64,000 bases of DNA from a virus (IMGVR_UViG_3300036766_000184:1-64000); one strand, 5' to 3'. Positions 48,401 to 55,428 are shown, numbered from the stretch's first letter. The notes: a model not told the origin generated them from the sequence alone. Numbers and translations are program-made.

Positions 48401-51103
48401 ATGATCGCCCGTCGTCTCCGGGAGTTGATGGGTCGCCCAGACGACAACGGCAAGCGCGCGGCCGGACTCCTGATGCAGGTGCTCGAAATGAGCGCGGCCG
48501 ATGTCCACGGCGAGCTGGCCGCGTGGGAGATCGAGCACCCGGAGTACGAGGCGGTCGCCGCGGCCTTCCAGACCTGGAACAAGAGCCTGCTCAAGTACCT
48601 CGAAGACGCCGGCGTCACGTCAGCCGAGAGCCGGGTCGCCATCGAGGAGGCCAACCAGGACTACTTCCCGTTCCATCGCTTCTTCGCCGACGACGCTGAA
48701 GCTGGCGCGAAGCCGATGGGGGCCGGGGGCGGGGTCGCCAACGTCAGGAGTCCGGTCAAGACCCTCAAGGGGTCGGGCAGGAAGCTCACCGATCCGCTCG
48801 GCTCGGCGGTCAGGAATACCTACGTGATGGTGATGCGGGCCGAGCGCAACGCCGTCCTAGAGGCACTCGTGTCGCTCGCCGAGTCGACGCCGGGCGGCGG
48901 GGCCTTGATCGAGCCGCTCCCGGCCCCACAGACGGGCCAGCAGGTCATGACCGTGGAGGCCATCGCCCAGATCCGGCGCGACCTGGAGCGCAACGGCTTG
49001 CCGACCGTCGCGCTTGACATGCTCGACCCGACCCAGCTCCGCGAGGTGGTCCGCACCTTCCGACCGGATCTGTTCCGGGCGACGCTCCCCGGTGAAATCT
49101 GGGTGCTCAGGAAGGGCAAGCCCGCGCACTACCAGATCCACGACCCGGAGCTGTATGGGGCGCTCGCCAACCTCGACCGGGCCAGCGCGCAGTGGCTCAA
49201 GCACCCGCTGGCTCAGGGTCTCCTGGTTGCGCCGGCTGCCCTTCTGCGCGCCGGCGCAACCCTGTCACCGGAGTTCCTCGGCCGCAACCCCGTGCGCGAC
49301 ACCTTCGCGCGCATCCTGTATACGGCGGCAGCCTCAAAGGTCCCCCTCGTCGGCCCGTACATCGACGCCGGCAAGGCTCTCGACGGCTTCGTCAGGGGGG
49401 TCTTCTCGGCCATCCGACAGGATGCCTGGTATGACGTGTGGAAACGGAGTGGGGCCGCGATCACGGCGCTCTCGTCGCTGGATCAGGAGAGTCTCCAGAA
49501 GCACCTCGATGACGTGCTGGCCGGCCGGGATGGTGTTCGCCTGCCTGGCTACAAGGGCACTCCGATCCGTTTCGGGACGGTCATCCAGACGCCGATTCAG
49601 TTGCTCAGGCTTGTCAGCGAAACCATGGAAGAGGCCAGCCGGATTGCCGAGACGCGCGACGTGCTGCGAGGGCTCGGGGTAACTAACCCCGGACAGGCGA
49701 CCAAGGGGCAACTCCTCGAAGCGGGCGGTGCCGCGCGGGATGTCACCCTCGACTTCAACCGCATGGGCGTGTTCTTCAAGGTCACAGGACTCAACCGAGT
49801 CGCCGCATTCGTCAACCCCTCGTGGCAGTCGTGGGACAAGCTCGCGCGCGAGGCGGGGCTCGGACAGGTGCCAGCCGGCCTCGACCTCGGCGGTGGGGCT
49901 GGCGGCGCCGGCGGTGGCGGGCGCACGCCGCCCGTTGGCGGGGCTGGTCTCCCGCAGGGGCCACAGGGCCGGCGCATCCTCGAATGGCGCGCCCGGAAGA
50001 TGCGCGGGTTCTCCTACCGGATACTCATGCTGATGACCCTGCCCTCACTCCTGCTCTGGTGGTACAACCACCAGGACGCTCGGTGGGTGGAGATCCCCCA
50101 GTGGCAGAAGGACATCTCGTGGATCGTCTTCTCGCGCCGGATCACCAAGGATCAGTGGACGACCATGACCGAAGATGAGCGTGTCGAGGCGATGCGGGAC
50201 GGCATCGTCCGCATCCCGAAGCCCTTCGAGCTGGGCGTCCTGTTCGGCTCGGTCCCGGAACGGATCGCCGAGTGGATCGTCGGCCAGAATCCGAACGCCC
50301 TCAAGTCGATCGGTCAGAGCCTCGCGACCGCGGCGGGCACGTCCATGATCCCGATGCCGACCGTGCTCTGGCCGCTCATCAGCATCGCGATGAACTGGAA
50401 CAACTTCTTCGACCGGCCGGTGGTGTCCAGGGGCCTCCAGGACATCGACCCGGAGTTCCAGAGCGGCCCCGGCACCAGCCGATCGGCCGAGTCGATGGCG
50501 CGCTCGCGCCCGATGGGTTGGCTCTCTCACGGACTCGAAGCCAGCAAGCTCGTTCCGACGTTCCTGACCGAGGCGATCCGGTCCCCGATCCAACTAGAAA
50601 GCCTGATCCAGGGCTACGCGGGGAACCTTGGGCGCATCGGTCTCAACGCGGGAGATCTGGCCCTTAAGGCCCTCGATGCCCACGGGCCGGCCGAGCCCGA
50701 GAAGACGTGGAGCGATGTCCCGGGCATCCGGGGATTCCTGGTCCGCTACCCGTCTGGGAGCGCCACCTCGATTCAGGACTTCTACACGATCTACGCGGAC
50801 GCCCAGAAGGCCGTCAAGACCCTGCAATTCATCGCCAAGAAGAAGCCGCGAGAGGACCCGGAAGCCTACGAGCGCGAGCACGAGTTCGCGCTGCTCGAAT
50901 ACGTCGCCATGCAGGCGACCGCGAAGTCCCTCACGCAGTCCCGTGCCGACTTGCAAGAGATCCGTGAGGACAAGGCGATGGACGCGCAGACCAAGCGCAA
51001 GGAAATGGATCGTGTCACGCTCGGCATGATCGAAGAAGCCAGAGGGGCCGTTGAGGGTCGTCGCACCGCCGAGGCAGCCTACCGAGCGGCCCGCAAGCCG
51101 TAG
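36482..51103 (+). CDS. Giant polyvalent injected protein (4873 aa): ART-like x2, 2H phosphoesterase, duplicated ~600-aa module, RadC-type JAB, zincin, LPD38-like C-terminus
   Basis: ART FRG..FSPDEKVARAY (39660); HVT x2 (40598, 40826); NFTRWFGASKVVDEKG..GFFFT..QVKSAIGNRGTFD (43075-44065); HNHPTTAPIPSRED (46730); HEAGH..EEGWAE (47762); RIPKPFELG (50210). Confidence 0.85.
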   Translation: MAVTIRDIDALFDEEPKKDSAASAPATTPAALAPPITTVGDIDKLFAESPDDSASTFPASTPEIRQAELDRNLRDIKAGNVPPTIQAPIAAVDPATGVPLDMPSPTPPVTSGEPGILTRLGRAARNVIMGTPAAAQPATRDGSGGVIEPPPSQAEVRATAPGGGPLVTPPPATPAVTTPIVSASTVPAPPAQRSSTQPVFTPPAPVTPENPLPEWAVERNKITPTPSSAPVINSVRDLAPHVADLVAPPINARPAIEDAGQQLDAFRARLDQEHTALVAERSALNAARASLESRLGQSRAPGARAAIEAEVASYNEREGVFSQRRGAFGIAAESFNARADRLRALDKDESSRGGIVERGTRAAVEAQRSGISRAAQAVTSLGEIPLYAGPGSTSERVNVPNIVWQASLNLANGLLQAGAAPAIGVGAAGRAALEKADPELASTTLVGDDATARGIRLGLMPTEIPVDRTPEEHAALGAPITVGEAVEILGALGTIMGIGRIASSNTRYVINWGRPGPRFGRIEPMKALPPAPPEALSGVVARPEPVGPSGSAPTIDLTVTLGDISSARAGKANLAESLADAAVSRLKPLPAEWDAGRRVFTLTEDIPGHARGDVVSATQAAAEGYDPLRLAARTSATPTTRPVATAARPEPILIESEPAAAGSGPLAPAAEAAKARLAQRAPTPPFGPSEPLASTAPVTTEDIDALFVPPARNEPETTPESADLKPAPSLTSPGNQRGAMTPLTPESVAAALEDANGNYITAAEALAGSDNLLSVLNAANQARKLSPEFNDAMGNRPRTGSMLKVERDRLAQEDRGGWDLNNDNDLIAFVKSKGGIRPDPGGDLSEKWEAIPKELRSKTKGLTPSQMAEVVNESLGRERNTNVINDAEILRRLSKSTVRGGARGQREEVDRAQAEQERQAADAHARFMDMPEAEQIAALRDMTGASEADARALLKARQDAARPVEFLSDKDEPTGEKGALDRALLEGFLAGPEREPREIIREVLDQVGGHEAVAKGMFGGDIGELDAFVRRVHAEAVESSKAMEPRAPYGGRGTSLPARAMFRGVKAGRDPHAIEGTIGGTTFSPDEKVARAYAGEDGRVVRENLGFKNLLAAKNWMEAKRALELPASATMPELIRAASDAGHDGLAFQGAHGQEYIKIPSKGPEPKTEKTPLGDQVLVPDTPKRSIPTGKAKARVEQRPLDSTPLFGQDKAERDRNSDDAQGMLLEDRAPFQAQEKAAKAQEKAAEALTKAAGAIKDAADEVRAAVPEAPKPAPVTWGGWQERFNKEPLPLWSLTQDIPGHPKGSTVGPQALQKAGFEVPEPPEAAPTGASPYKYSSVEIRLPAGIGDAVRRFAQTIPQDQLAPKGVEAVSHVTVRYGIQSSEPDRIKDALKDQGPVEITLGTVKSFPDTGDGEVLYVEAQGPAVDALHEHLTDALVTVDTQKTFKPHVTLAYLKKGEAKAHVGDTSFVGRTFTASEVVFSPRDGAEPTVLALPGRAVEPATEAPRVSDTPSGVLDTQPPTAVNEPVAPYTTEPAPAFFSALRDAADKRLPARASAEQIMATIRATPGVKADEITWTYLPEWLAEQKGPIAKADVLAYLDDYGVKVRESLRGQGAGSDPGQEAFRRAFEPAAPGEYARTFRDLIEPLGYHPEHASSGPGYLVIRAAPIVNPEVGLDELNRRMDLLEAEREPAYRAAHRLGIIDTRSEAEDMELARLTQTLTIIDGQEQEIDDQIQEVVDRDRPRYFTIRAEGRVLLNDDEGAADFDEAVVNAWRDQEDRAGRSTTPNANLSPAEYEGYKAVRGGESYRELLFLYERPPTELDKEIRALSRGRGRPGSGHDDAFSIQPEDQPRLDALLSRRVGLPRHVFRPPHFRNAEDMIAHVRFDVRTDADGRRGLLIQEVQDDLDNQIRKRQDNLKSMERALPDVAEGTPARPGLEGNIADAKTEIARLEALLPFRGGKSNELVMKRVLRFASEQGYDFVGLATGAQQAELYNLSTHVKRIMLYDASGGISVPKDGPFVSGMFVATPRDRGQQIERRIDLAQDPEALNDLVGPEMAARLLARPSRVGNWAGLGARIRSLEDLDLEMPSKQAQGKKKTYDEILLAVLNKLAKPWGQKVEDRYLKADAGSRTMANDDAGSAAAIGAAPIHAIAITPEMREALLRHGFPLFEDRAAYGALPAEAKVAADALNAQDIRNNPNFTRWFGASKVVDEKGAPKVAYRGDNRADRLDRLRKARASSAHGFFFTEDPAIASSYATGKVDRNAVDDVMEGENFRNYFRFTRPGVRGTINLHDLWYHLSRAEQARVEDVVRKSDYTEEQPDGTVGPRYWDFSGERSVRDQAGWDYEIRDNRGNVLDAAASTYLGGAILHGDGDEALFLDLLKEAGIEGEYVDPWAEAPAVTPVYLAIQTPLDTAAIPPAVVDRLRAVARRSRRQPKEGYGDPWNMAAITPKVWISELEDNLTKGTTTAWTSIPKEIVRALQGLGYDGIKDTGGKMGGQPHAVWIAFEPTQVKSAIGNRGTFDPSSPSLVREEATPYAELPARAEPAPAFYSTLLQAAEKRLMPKMSRAQVLGVLGSTPGVKKIEIHWTGLEAWLAGQPEVGIKKTDVLDFIRANQVRVAIRELSEATSETEQRRIEAESGLDLSEEYGGMGSFDSAWDEVRALDPDPEYVKEMRAEDPDWEPSDEEIEYRSSHPAGYEVTGNRESGFSVWVPDASKGVGRRGVRDDGGVQFDRLDAAQEAAGLDYFNWLERAADDGAAPRHGEHVEPGGLPGTYRERLFVWPPETLEPAPTSRSLWREKAEQVAGENGIEQPHLLSDAALRERVGEMAAQEDVSAVDRPRRDDTLYEPPSSHFDQPNLIAHARLDDGTLVDGTPVLRMQEAQSDWRHAVLSEGERTPEPPPVLTELPEGYKVESAPSQVVEQGAGKFRYSPVTKVLSHVGPEGQEWRRDGVEPINLGLFMDEFTAGKLFDRLEAIGVLKKTLRKRSWVVRQPDGVVMVRAEATASRAEAVKRAVSQLNRDRHNAWSRAVPPFPWLKNWLELVMKDGISEAARTGKQWFVWTTGKQQAERWSQKVTENIAAVRYHKTGHSDGPADWVLDGWSAKRSQKREGEWRDPDVVQRVTPDELPNYVGKELAQKLIAADGEVLTGQDLTFGGSEFRAIYDTMALSFARAFAKPFKSRVEDVQVNTAPTGNPRVGMTMHGISITPEMVSTVLTHGLPIMEPRAPFAAVPEPRYPLRDGADRTKSYALFHEAAREQLDLFGGNRGEPGKQAETQAVEPAIPAAQGDTGRAGNARAPVRASQPALRGFDAGAGVRTLALALARDLANLGYVSLRGYRVSSAEELGPLAQIWRDPRYETFRIVYVDDAGTILAHEAMTSRSAGAAEAWKPDDDVDDWIATRRVRMAKMGATGYYLLHNHPTTAPIPSREDRALTTRISRALTGFKAHVIIDHGSFGILRPDGTEVMRPVTAQPDARYIPAVPHDILDVQLTSPQDVVRLGKAIEVRDGWVALLYRGAAGQIIAAQEMPRALFLHPTEATNYLRAQKNKWDADSIFAYSSVRGDAAVIAAAQSLVDDGRLRDAWVGAHGAEILSDRERGVRANEDLATRPIVRFAESGAPYNDTTDEDLRELGRAFLTDPPDYESWAAQMRTHVSPAYYARLAKTYQDLTASASDVQTSSARPTGVQNPAQTAAGDLNAARGIPLPAGQALMERLHKILDVPISEGRVGGGAGRLGFTRLKGGRAEAARLKVSEDLSTAAHEAGHVISAIVWGARPGARDAFYMRHSPDLMQLAEGHVTPNQEEGWAEFWRLYLQNADSTRAIYPDLTRDIEDALAREDQPLLSALQQWGDDYRAWRGSRPRDRIRSHVVREVGKTRDLRGTLRRTYTNLLWEGAPLDRAVNTLAAGHPLGPEQNASLLKSVLAGAPKLAEYFLFDKNGHGGTLDFHTRQVTGPSLEAVLNPVKATWQDWSDYMIARRLRELMGRPDDNGKRAAGLLMQVLEMSAADVHGELAAWEIEHPEYEAVAAAFQTWNKSLLKYLEDAGVTSAESRVAIEEANQDYFPFHRFFADDAEAGAKPMGAGGGVANVRSPVKTLKGSGRKLTDPLGSAVRNTYVMVMRAERNAVLEALVSLAESTPGGGALIEPLPAPQTGQQVMTVEAIAQIRRDLERNGLPTVALDMLDPTQLREVVRTFRPDLFRATLPGEIWVLRKGKPAHYQIHDPELYGALANLDRASAQWLKHPLAQGLLVAPAALLRAGATLSPEFLGRNPVRDTFARILYTAAASKVPLVGPYIDAGKALDGFVRGVFSAIRQDAWYDVWKRSGAAITALSSLDQESLQKHLDDVLAGRDGVRLPGYKGTPIRFGTVIQTPIQLLRLVSETMEEASRIAETRDVLRGLGVTNPGQATKGQLLEAGGAARDVTLDFNRMGVFFKVTGLNRVAAFVNPSWQSWDKLAREAGLGQVPAGLDLGGGAGGAGGGGRTPPVGGAGLPQGPQGRRILEWRARKMRGFSYRILMLMTLPSLLLWWYNHQDARWVEIPQWQKDISWIVFSRRITKDQWTTMTEDERVEAMRDGIVRIPKPFELGVLFGSVPERIAEWIVGQNPNALKSIGQSLATAAGTSMIPMPTVLWPLISIAMNWNNFFDRPVVSRGLQDIDPEFQSGPGTSRSAESMARSRPMGWLSHGLEASKLVPTFLTEAIRSPIQLESLIQGYAGNLGRIGLNAGDLALKALDAHGPAEPEKTWSDVPGIRGFLVRYPSGSATSIQDFYTIYADAQKAVKTLQFIAKKKPREDPEAYEREHEFALLEYVAMQATAKSLTQSRADLQEIREDKAMDAQTKRKEMDRVTLGMIEEARGAVEGRRTAEAAYRAARKP

Positions 51104-51159
51104 ACAGAGCGCCGAAAAGTCACCCCCTGTGGGGTAGGCGTCGGGATAGAATCGGCCGC

Positions 51160-51498
51160 ATGGGCACCGACGACGGCGGCCGGATCATCCGCGATGTTGC
51201 GGAACTGAAGGCGATCCTGACCGAGAGGGGGCGCGACGCCGAGGTGTTCCGGGGCGAGATGCGCGATGGCGTCCGCGATATGAATGGCTTCCTGGTCGAT
51301 CACGCCGCCGAGGACACGCGCCGATTCGAGAAGTCCGGTGAGGTCCTGGACGAAAAGGTCGCCGGGCTCTACGAGTACATGGAGAAGCAGGCGAACGCCC
51401 AGCGGACGAGGGCGTGGCAGATCGCCGGGATTGTGATGACGGCGGTGCTCGGGTTGGCCGGTGTCTTGATCGCGGCGCACAAGTCGGGGTTGCTGTGA
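51160..51498 (+). CDS. Coiled-coil protein with C-terminal TM (holin-region protein)
   Basis: C-terminal hydrophobic helix; first gene of the lysis region. Confidence 0.6.
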   Translation: MGTDDGGRIIRDVAELKAILTERGRDAEVFRGEMRDGVRDMNGFLVDHAAEDTRRFEKSGEVLDEKVAGLYEYMEKQANAQRTRAWQIAGIVMTAVLGLAGVLIAAHKSGLL

Positions 51499-51550
51499 GG
51501 TTTGTCGTGAAAACATTCTTGAGGCACGCTCAAGGAAAGGCTCAATAGGC

Positions 51551-52006
51551 ATGCCATTCAACGCCACGCGACCCAAGCGCTTCACGGGCGTCCTCGGGGA
51601 CATGCCGGCCTATGAACAGGCCGCCTGTATCGTCCTCTCGGAGGCATTGCACATTCCACCCGCGATGCTCGGCGCTATCCGCTGGCACGAGAACGGCCGA
51701 GGCGGCAATGAGAAGACAACGAGTCTCGCCTTCGGTGTCAAGAGTCTCGATGCGGCAGACCAGGACGAATACGGCGAGCAGGCCATGTTGTGCGCGGAGT
51801 CGATCAGAAACAACATCACGAGATTTCAGCGAGCCTCTGGCCACGCCGCGTGGGTCGGTGACCGGCTCTCGGACGGGTTCATTGCTTTTATGGGTTCACG
51901 GTACTGCCCGGTTGGGGCAGCAGACGACGCGGTTACTAATCTGAATCGTTTCTGGGTCGAAAAGGTCACCGAGATTTATAGAGGTTCTGGGATTGAGTGG
52001 GCGTGA
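51551..52006 (+). CDS. Putative lysozyme-fold endolysin
   Basis: AIRWHENG..FGV...FIAFMGSRYCPVGAADD..NLNRFWVEKV resembles glucosaminidase-like lysins. Confidence 0.65.
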   Translation: MPFNATRPKRFTGVLGDMPAYEQAACIVLSEALHIPPAMLGAIRWHENGRGGNEKTTSLAFGVKSLDAADQDEYGEQAMLCAESIRNNITRFQRASGHAAWVGDRLSDGFIAFMGSRYCPVGAADDAVTNLNRFWVEKVTEIYRGSGIEWA

Positions 52007-52221
52007 TGAACTACGGGGAAGCTATGACCGGAGTCCGCGTCGAACTGTTCAAGGCCCGCAACGGCAAGTGGGGCTTCCGCACCATCGCCGCGAACGGGCG
52101 GAAGGTGCTGACCTCGGGCCAGACGTTCCGGGGATCGAGCACGCACGCACGCCGGGCCATCGCGCGGGCGCTGCGGCTCACGGCGGACGCCTTCGCGCAT
52201 GGCAGGGTGGTGGTGCGATGA
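52006..52221 (+). CDS. DUF1508/YegP-like protein
   Basis: ELFKARNGKWGFRTIAANGRKVLTSGQTF. Confidence 0.75.
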   Translation: MNYGEAMTGVRVELFKARNGKWGFRTIAANGRKVLTSGQTFRGSSTHARRAIARALRLTADAFAHGRVVVR

Positions 52222-52514
52222 CCCAGATGACGACCCAGGAGGCGATCCAACTGGCGACCGCGGTGGGGGCCATCGCGGGTCCGCTGCTCACGTTCTGGGT
52301 CGCGTCACGGCTCAGAATCTACAAGCTAGAGATCAACTCGCGCATGAGCGAGCTGATGAACTCGACGCGCGCCCTCGCCCATGCGGAGGGGGTGACACAG
52401 CAGCGCGATAAGCAGGACGAAATTGATGCGCAGCGCGCGCTCGGCAAGGCCGAGAGCGTCGAGATCACCAACGGGTCCGACGTCAGGATCGTGCAGGAGC
52501 CACCGACGCCATGA
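52218..52514 (+). CDS. Membrane protein (holin-like)
   Basis: N-terminal TM followed by INSRMSELM...AEG. Confidence 0.55.
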   Translation: MTQMTTQEAIQLATAVGAIAGPLLTFWVASRLRIYKLEINSRMSELMNSTRALAHAEGVTQQRDKQDEIDAQRALGKAESVEITNGSDVRIVQEPPTP

Positions 52515-52951
52515 TCGCGTGGAAGTGGCTCCTGATTATCGACGCTGCAACGATGTTCATCATCACCATGGGCACCACGCTCGGGGTCGTGATGTTGGAA
52601 GTCGGCAAGAACGAGCAGATCATGTGGCGCTCGATCATCGGCGCCACCCTCGGGGCCCTAGTGGCCTGCGCAAACCAGTTGCGGGCCCGGCTGGCCCTGC
52701 CCCCACCGACTAGCGGCATGATCGCAGCAGCGGTCGCGGCGACCGCTCCGATCGCTGCGCGCGTGGCTGCGGAAGCCGCGGCACCGGCAGCGGCGCTTGC
52801 GGCTGCCCCGGCGGCAGCCCGCGCAGCAGCTCCCGAAGCGGCTGCGATTGCCGCACCCGCCGCCGCCGCCGCTGCTGCGCCAGCGGCGGCGCGTGAGGCT
52901 GCGCCCGAAGCGGTCGCCATTGAAGTCGCCAAGATCCAGATCACCCAATGA
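52511..52951 (+). CDS. Two-TM holin-like protein with Ala-rich tail
   Basis: Two hydrophobic helices. Confidence 0.5.
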   Translation: MIAWKWLLIIDAATMFIITMGTTLGVVMLEVGKNEQIMWRSIIGATLGALVACANQLRARLALPPPTSGMIAAAVAATAPIAARVAAEAAAPAAALAAAPAAARAAAPEAAAIAAPAAAAAAAPAAAREAAPEAVAIEVAKIQITQ

Positions 52952-52962
52952 CAGGAGAACGT

Positions 52963-53439
52963 ATGAAGAGCCTCAGCGTGTTCGCCCTCATCGCGATCGT
53001 CCTTACCGGCTGCGCCACCGGGGCTCCGATTAGCGGGAACCCGGCCCAGGATGCGTTCGCGAACCGGCCGGTCAAGCTCTCGGGCGCGCTGTCCATCGAG
53101 GACGGATTGAAGGAAATGGCCTTCAACCTCGACAGCGCGATCACCGTGCAGGCGATCCCGGCCGACGACCCGCTCTCCGCGTGCGTGAAGGGGATCATGA
53201 AGGATCTCGGCATCGGGGATGTGAAGGACGTCGCGCCGTCGTTCGTCCCGAAGGAAGACACGCTCCTCGGCCGCGGCTCTGTCCTCTACATCCGCGCGCA
53301 GCAAGCGCAGCGCATGGCCGGTGCCGGCACGAAGCTCCCGATCTCGTGCGAGGCTTCAATCGGGAAGATCGTGATCGACGTCGCCCGGGCCAACGCGAAG
53401 AGCATGCCGGGCGGGGGGCTTTTGCCGGCCCTCAGGTAG
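52963..53439 (+). CDS. Lipoprotein
   Basis: Lipobox LTGC; AGGAG ribosome-binding site. Confidence 0.7.
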   Translation: MKSLSVFALIAIVLTGCATGAPISGNPAQDAFANRPVKLSGALSIEDGLKEMAFNLDSAITVQAIPADDPLSACVKGIMKDLGIGDVKDVAPSFVPKEDTLLGRGSVLYIRAQQAQRMAGAGTKLPISCEASIGKIVIDVARANAKSMPGGGLLPALR

Positions 53440-53638
53440 GGGGAACGCATGATCGAGCCCGACCCGGAGTCCTGATGGACGCCATCTCGATGATCGGTCG
53501 GTGCGCGGCCCGGCAACTCGACGCCGAAGAGCACTCGCATTACTGCCCGCTGCATCACGGGAACTGGCGTGGGCCGTGCGCTTGTACGACACCGGAGGCG
53601 CTGAGTCAGTCGTGCCGGTCGTGTCGTGAGCGAGTCGG

Positions 53639-54313
53639 ATGAGCACGCCGATCTTGATCTTGTTCGGGACATGGGGAAGGGCGCAGCAGTGGTACAAGCC
53701 GAACTCGCCGCTATGGACTGCGCTTGAAGCGCGCGGCTTTTCTCCAATCGTCTGCCCCTGGTCTGGCTTCTTGGGTGGCTACCACCACCCGATCATCGTT
53801 CCGCCCGCCTCCGACATTCGCGGCACGCTGGAGTTGTGGCGCTCAGAAGCGGAGAAGGCCGCGCTGTTCTGCAAGACCATCGGCCTGGAGCGGCCACATG
53901 TGATTTCACATTCTCATGCGATCAACCTCGTGGCCTTCGCCGCCGCGGGCACGGACTTCACGCCGCCCCAGCCATTCGCGACCGTGCTCAGTATTTCTGG
54001 TCCCATCCGTCAGGACATGGCGTTCACGCGCGCGCAGGCCAAGCTGAACATCCAGAAGTGGATTCAGGTGACCGATCCCAAAGACGACCACACGATCCGT
54101 CAGGGCGAGTTCCTTGACGGCCACATCGGCTGGAACTACCACCTCCCCGAGGCCGACGTGAACATCGACGCGCCGGGCTGGGGGCATTCCCGGCTCACGG
54201 TGGAGATCGAGCCCGCGTGGACGGACCTCGGCCTGTGGCGGGAGCTGGTTCCTGAGACGCCAGCCCCTCCAGCCGTGGTACATTTCGACCCGCCCTATCT
54301 CGACCGCGCCTAG
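53639..54313 (+). CDS. Alpha/beta-hydrolase-fold protein
   Basis: LILFGTW; HVISHSHA nucleophile-elbow-like motif; GHS near the C-terminus. Confidence 0.55.
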   Translation: MSTPILILFGTWGRAQQWYKPNSPLWTALEARGFSPIVCPWSGFLGGYHHPIIVPPASDIRGTLELWRSEAEKAALFCKTIGLERPHVISHSHAINLVAFAAAGTDFTPPQPFATVLSISGPIRQDMAFTRAQAKLNIQKWIQVTDPKDDHTIRQGEFLDGHIGWNYHLPEADVNIDAPGWGHSRLTVEIEPAWTDLGLWRELVPETPAPPAVVHFDPPYLDRA

Positions 54314-54412
54314 CCGTTCTACGAAAGCGAGGTGATGCAGATGGATACCCCGAAGCCCGATCCGAAGCCGAAGCCCGAGCCGGAGCCTCAGTCTCCGTAG
54401 CGGGGTATGGTC

Positions 54413-54567
54413 TGCGCGCTGAGCATCCCGGTGAGAACGGGAGCGGTCCTTCAACAGCCGAGGCGGCGCAACGGCATATGGCGCCGTGAAATCCGGGACC
54501 GTCTGGCAACCTCCTCGGCGACAGTTTCGCCGGGCACCGGGTTTGAATCCCGGCCAGCGCGCAACCA
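54413..54567 (+). ncRNA. ~155-nt tRNA-like RNA ending in ACCA
   Basis: TGCGCGCTG pairs with CAGCGCGCA, followed by ACCA; T-arm CCGGG-TTTGAAT-CCCGG; three internal hairpins. Confidence 0.65.
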
Positions 54568-54597
54568 TTGACAGGCCGCATGAGTTCACGGTAGTCT
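54568..54597 (+). promoter_or_regulatory. Promoter with operator in its spacer
   Basis: TTGACA-18-TAGTCT containing ATGAGTTCAC. Confidence 0.65.
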
Positions 54598-54605
54598 GTC
54601 TCCCG

Positions 54606-54959
54606 ATGGCACGACAAGTCAGGATGTCCCGACCGCTTGCGTCGTACCCGCTCCTCGTCGTCTTGCGCGACCGCGCCGAGGCGTTCGCTCGATCCCCCGA
54701 CGATGCGCCCTTGACCGTCCGTGAGATCAACGACCTGGAGGCGCGCGAGAAACACGCGCTCGTCGACCTGCGGAACCTGATCTCGCTCCACGGCCTTCGT
54801 CAGGACGTGATCGCCCGGGCCTGTAAGGTGGACCGCACGATGGTCAACAAGGTCTGGAACTCCGGCAAGGGCGGGCGCGAGCGCCAGTGGACCCGGAGTC
54901 AGCGGGTGGTGGCGGCGACGTATCGGGCGCTGGAGTCCGCGGGATGGATTCCGGCATGA
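54606..54959 (+). CDS. HTH (XRE-like) regulator
   Basis: GLRQDVIARACKVDRTMVNKVWN. Confidence 0.65.
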   Translation: MARQVRMSRPLASYPLLVVLRDRAEAFARSPDDAPLTVREINDLEAREKHALVDLRNLISLHGLRQDVIARACKVDRTMVNKVWNSGKGGRERQWTRSQRVVAATYRALESAGWIPA

Positions 54960-55237
54960 CCTCGCGCATCCGAGCGCTGGTAGAGATGGAGACGACGATC
55001 AAGGATCGCTACCTCGGGCGCGCAGTCGAAGGGGTCATCGTGCCGCCCGTGAATCACTTCCGCGTGCTCATAGATCGCTCGATTGAGCAGGAGGAGCGCG
55101 GCGAAGATCCAGTGCTGTTGCTCCTGACCGCCATGGCGGTCACGACCGATCTTGTCAATGGGCTGGCGGCCGAAGTCGTGGACGCGCGTCGCGTAGCCGA
55201 AGCGGCGACTCTCATCGCTGAATCGTGCGTCCGATGA
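54956..55237 (+). CDS. Hypothetical protein
   Basis: ATGA coupling. Confidence 0.5.
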   Translation: MTSRIRALVEMETTIKDRYLGRAVEGVIVPPVNHFRVLIDRSIEQEERGEDPVLLLLTAMAVTTDLVNGLAAEVVDARRVAEAATLIAESCVR

Positions 55238-55376
55238 TCGGCCGACCGTACCACCCGACACCGCCCCCCGCCTCCGTGCCACGCGAAGTTGCCCGCGCGG
55301 GCAGTGCGGTATTCCTGCTCGGCCTTCTCGTGCTGATCGCAGTCGCGCTCGTCAGCTAGCCGCCCAGCCTTTCCGC

Positions 55377-55406
55377 TTGACAATCGGAGTGAGTTCACAG
55401 TACATT
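55377..55406 (+). promoter_or_regulatory. Promoter with operator in its spacer
   Basis: TTGACA-18-TACATT containing GTGAGTTCAC. Confidence 0.7.
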
Positions 55407-55428
55407 TCCTCGTAGTAGGAGGAACGAC

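Noticed and set aside
53900-53909. GTGATTTCAC as a fifth operator site
   Set aside because: Lies inside a coding region, has a different central dinucleotide and has no adjacent promoter.
54424-54520. Cobalamin riboswitch or HDV-like ribozyme reading of the structured RNA
   Set aside because: Only fragments resemble them (GGTGAGAA T-loop, CCTCCTCG). The GGGAA core and the required helices are missing, and the terminal stem plus CCA fits a tRNA-like fold better.
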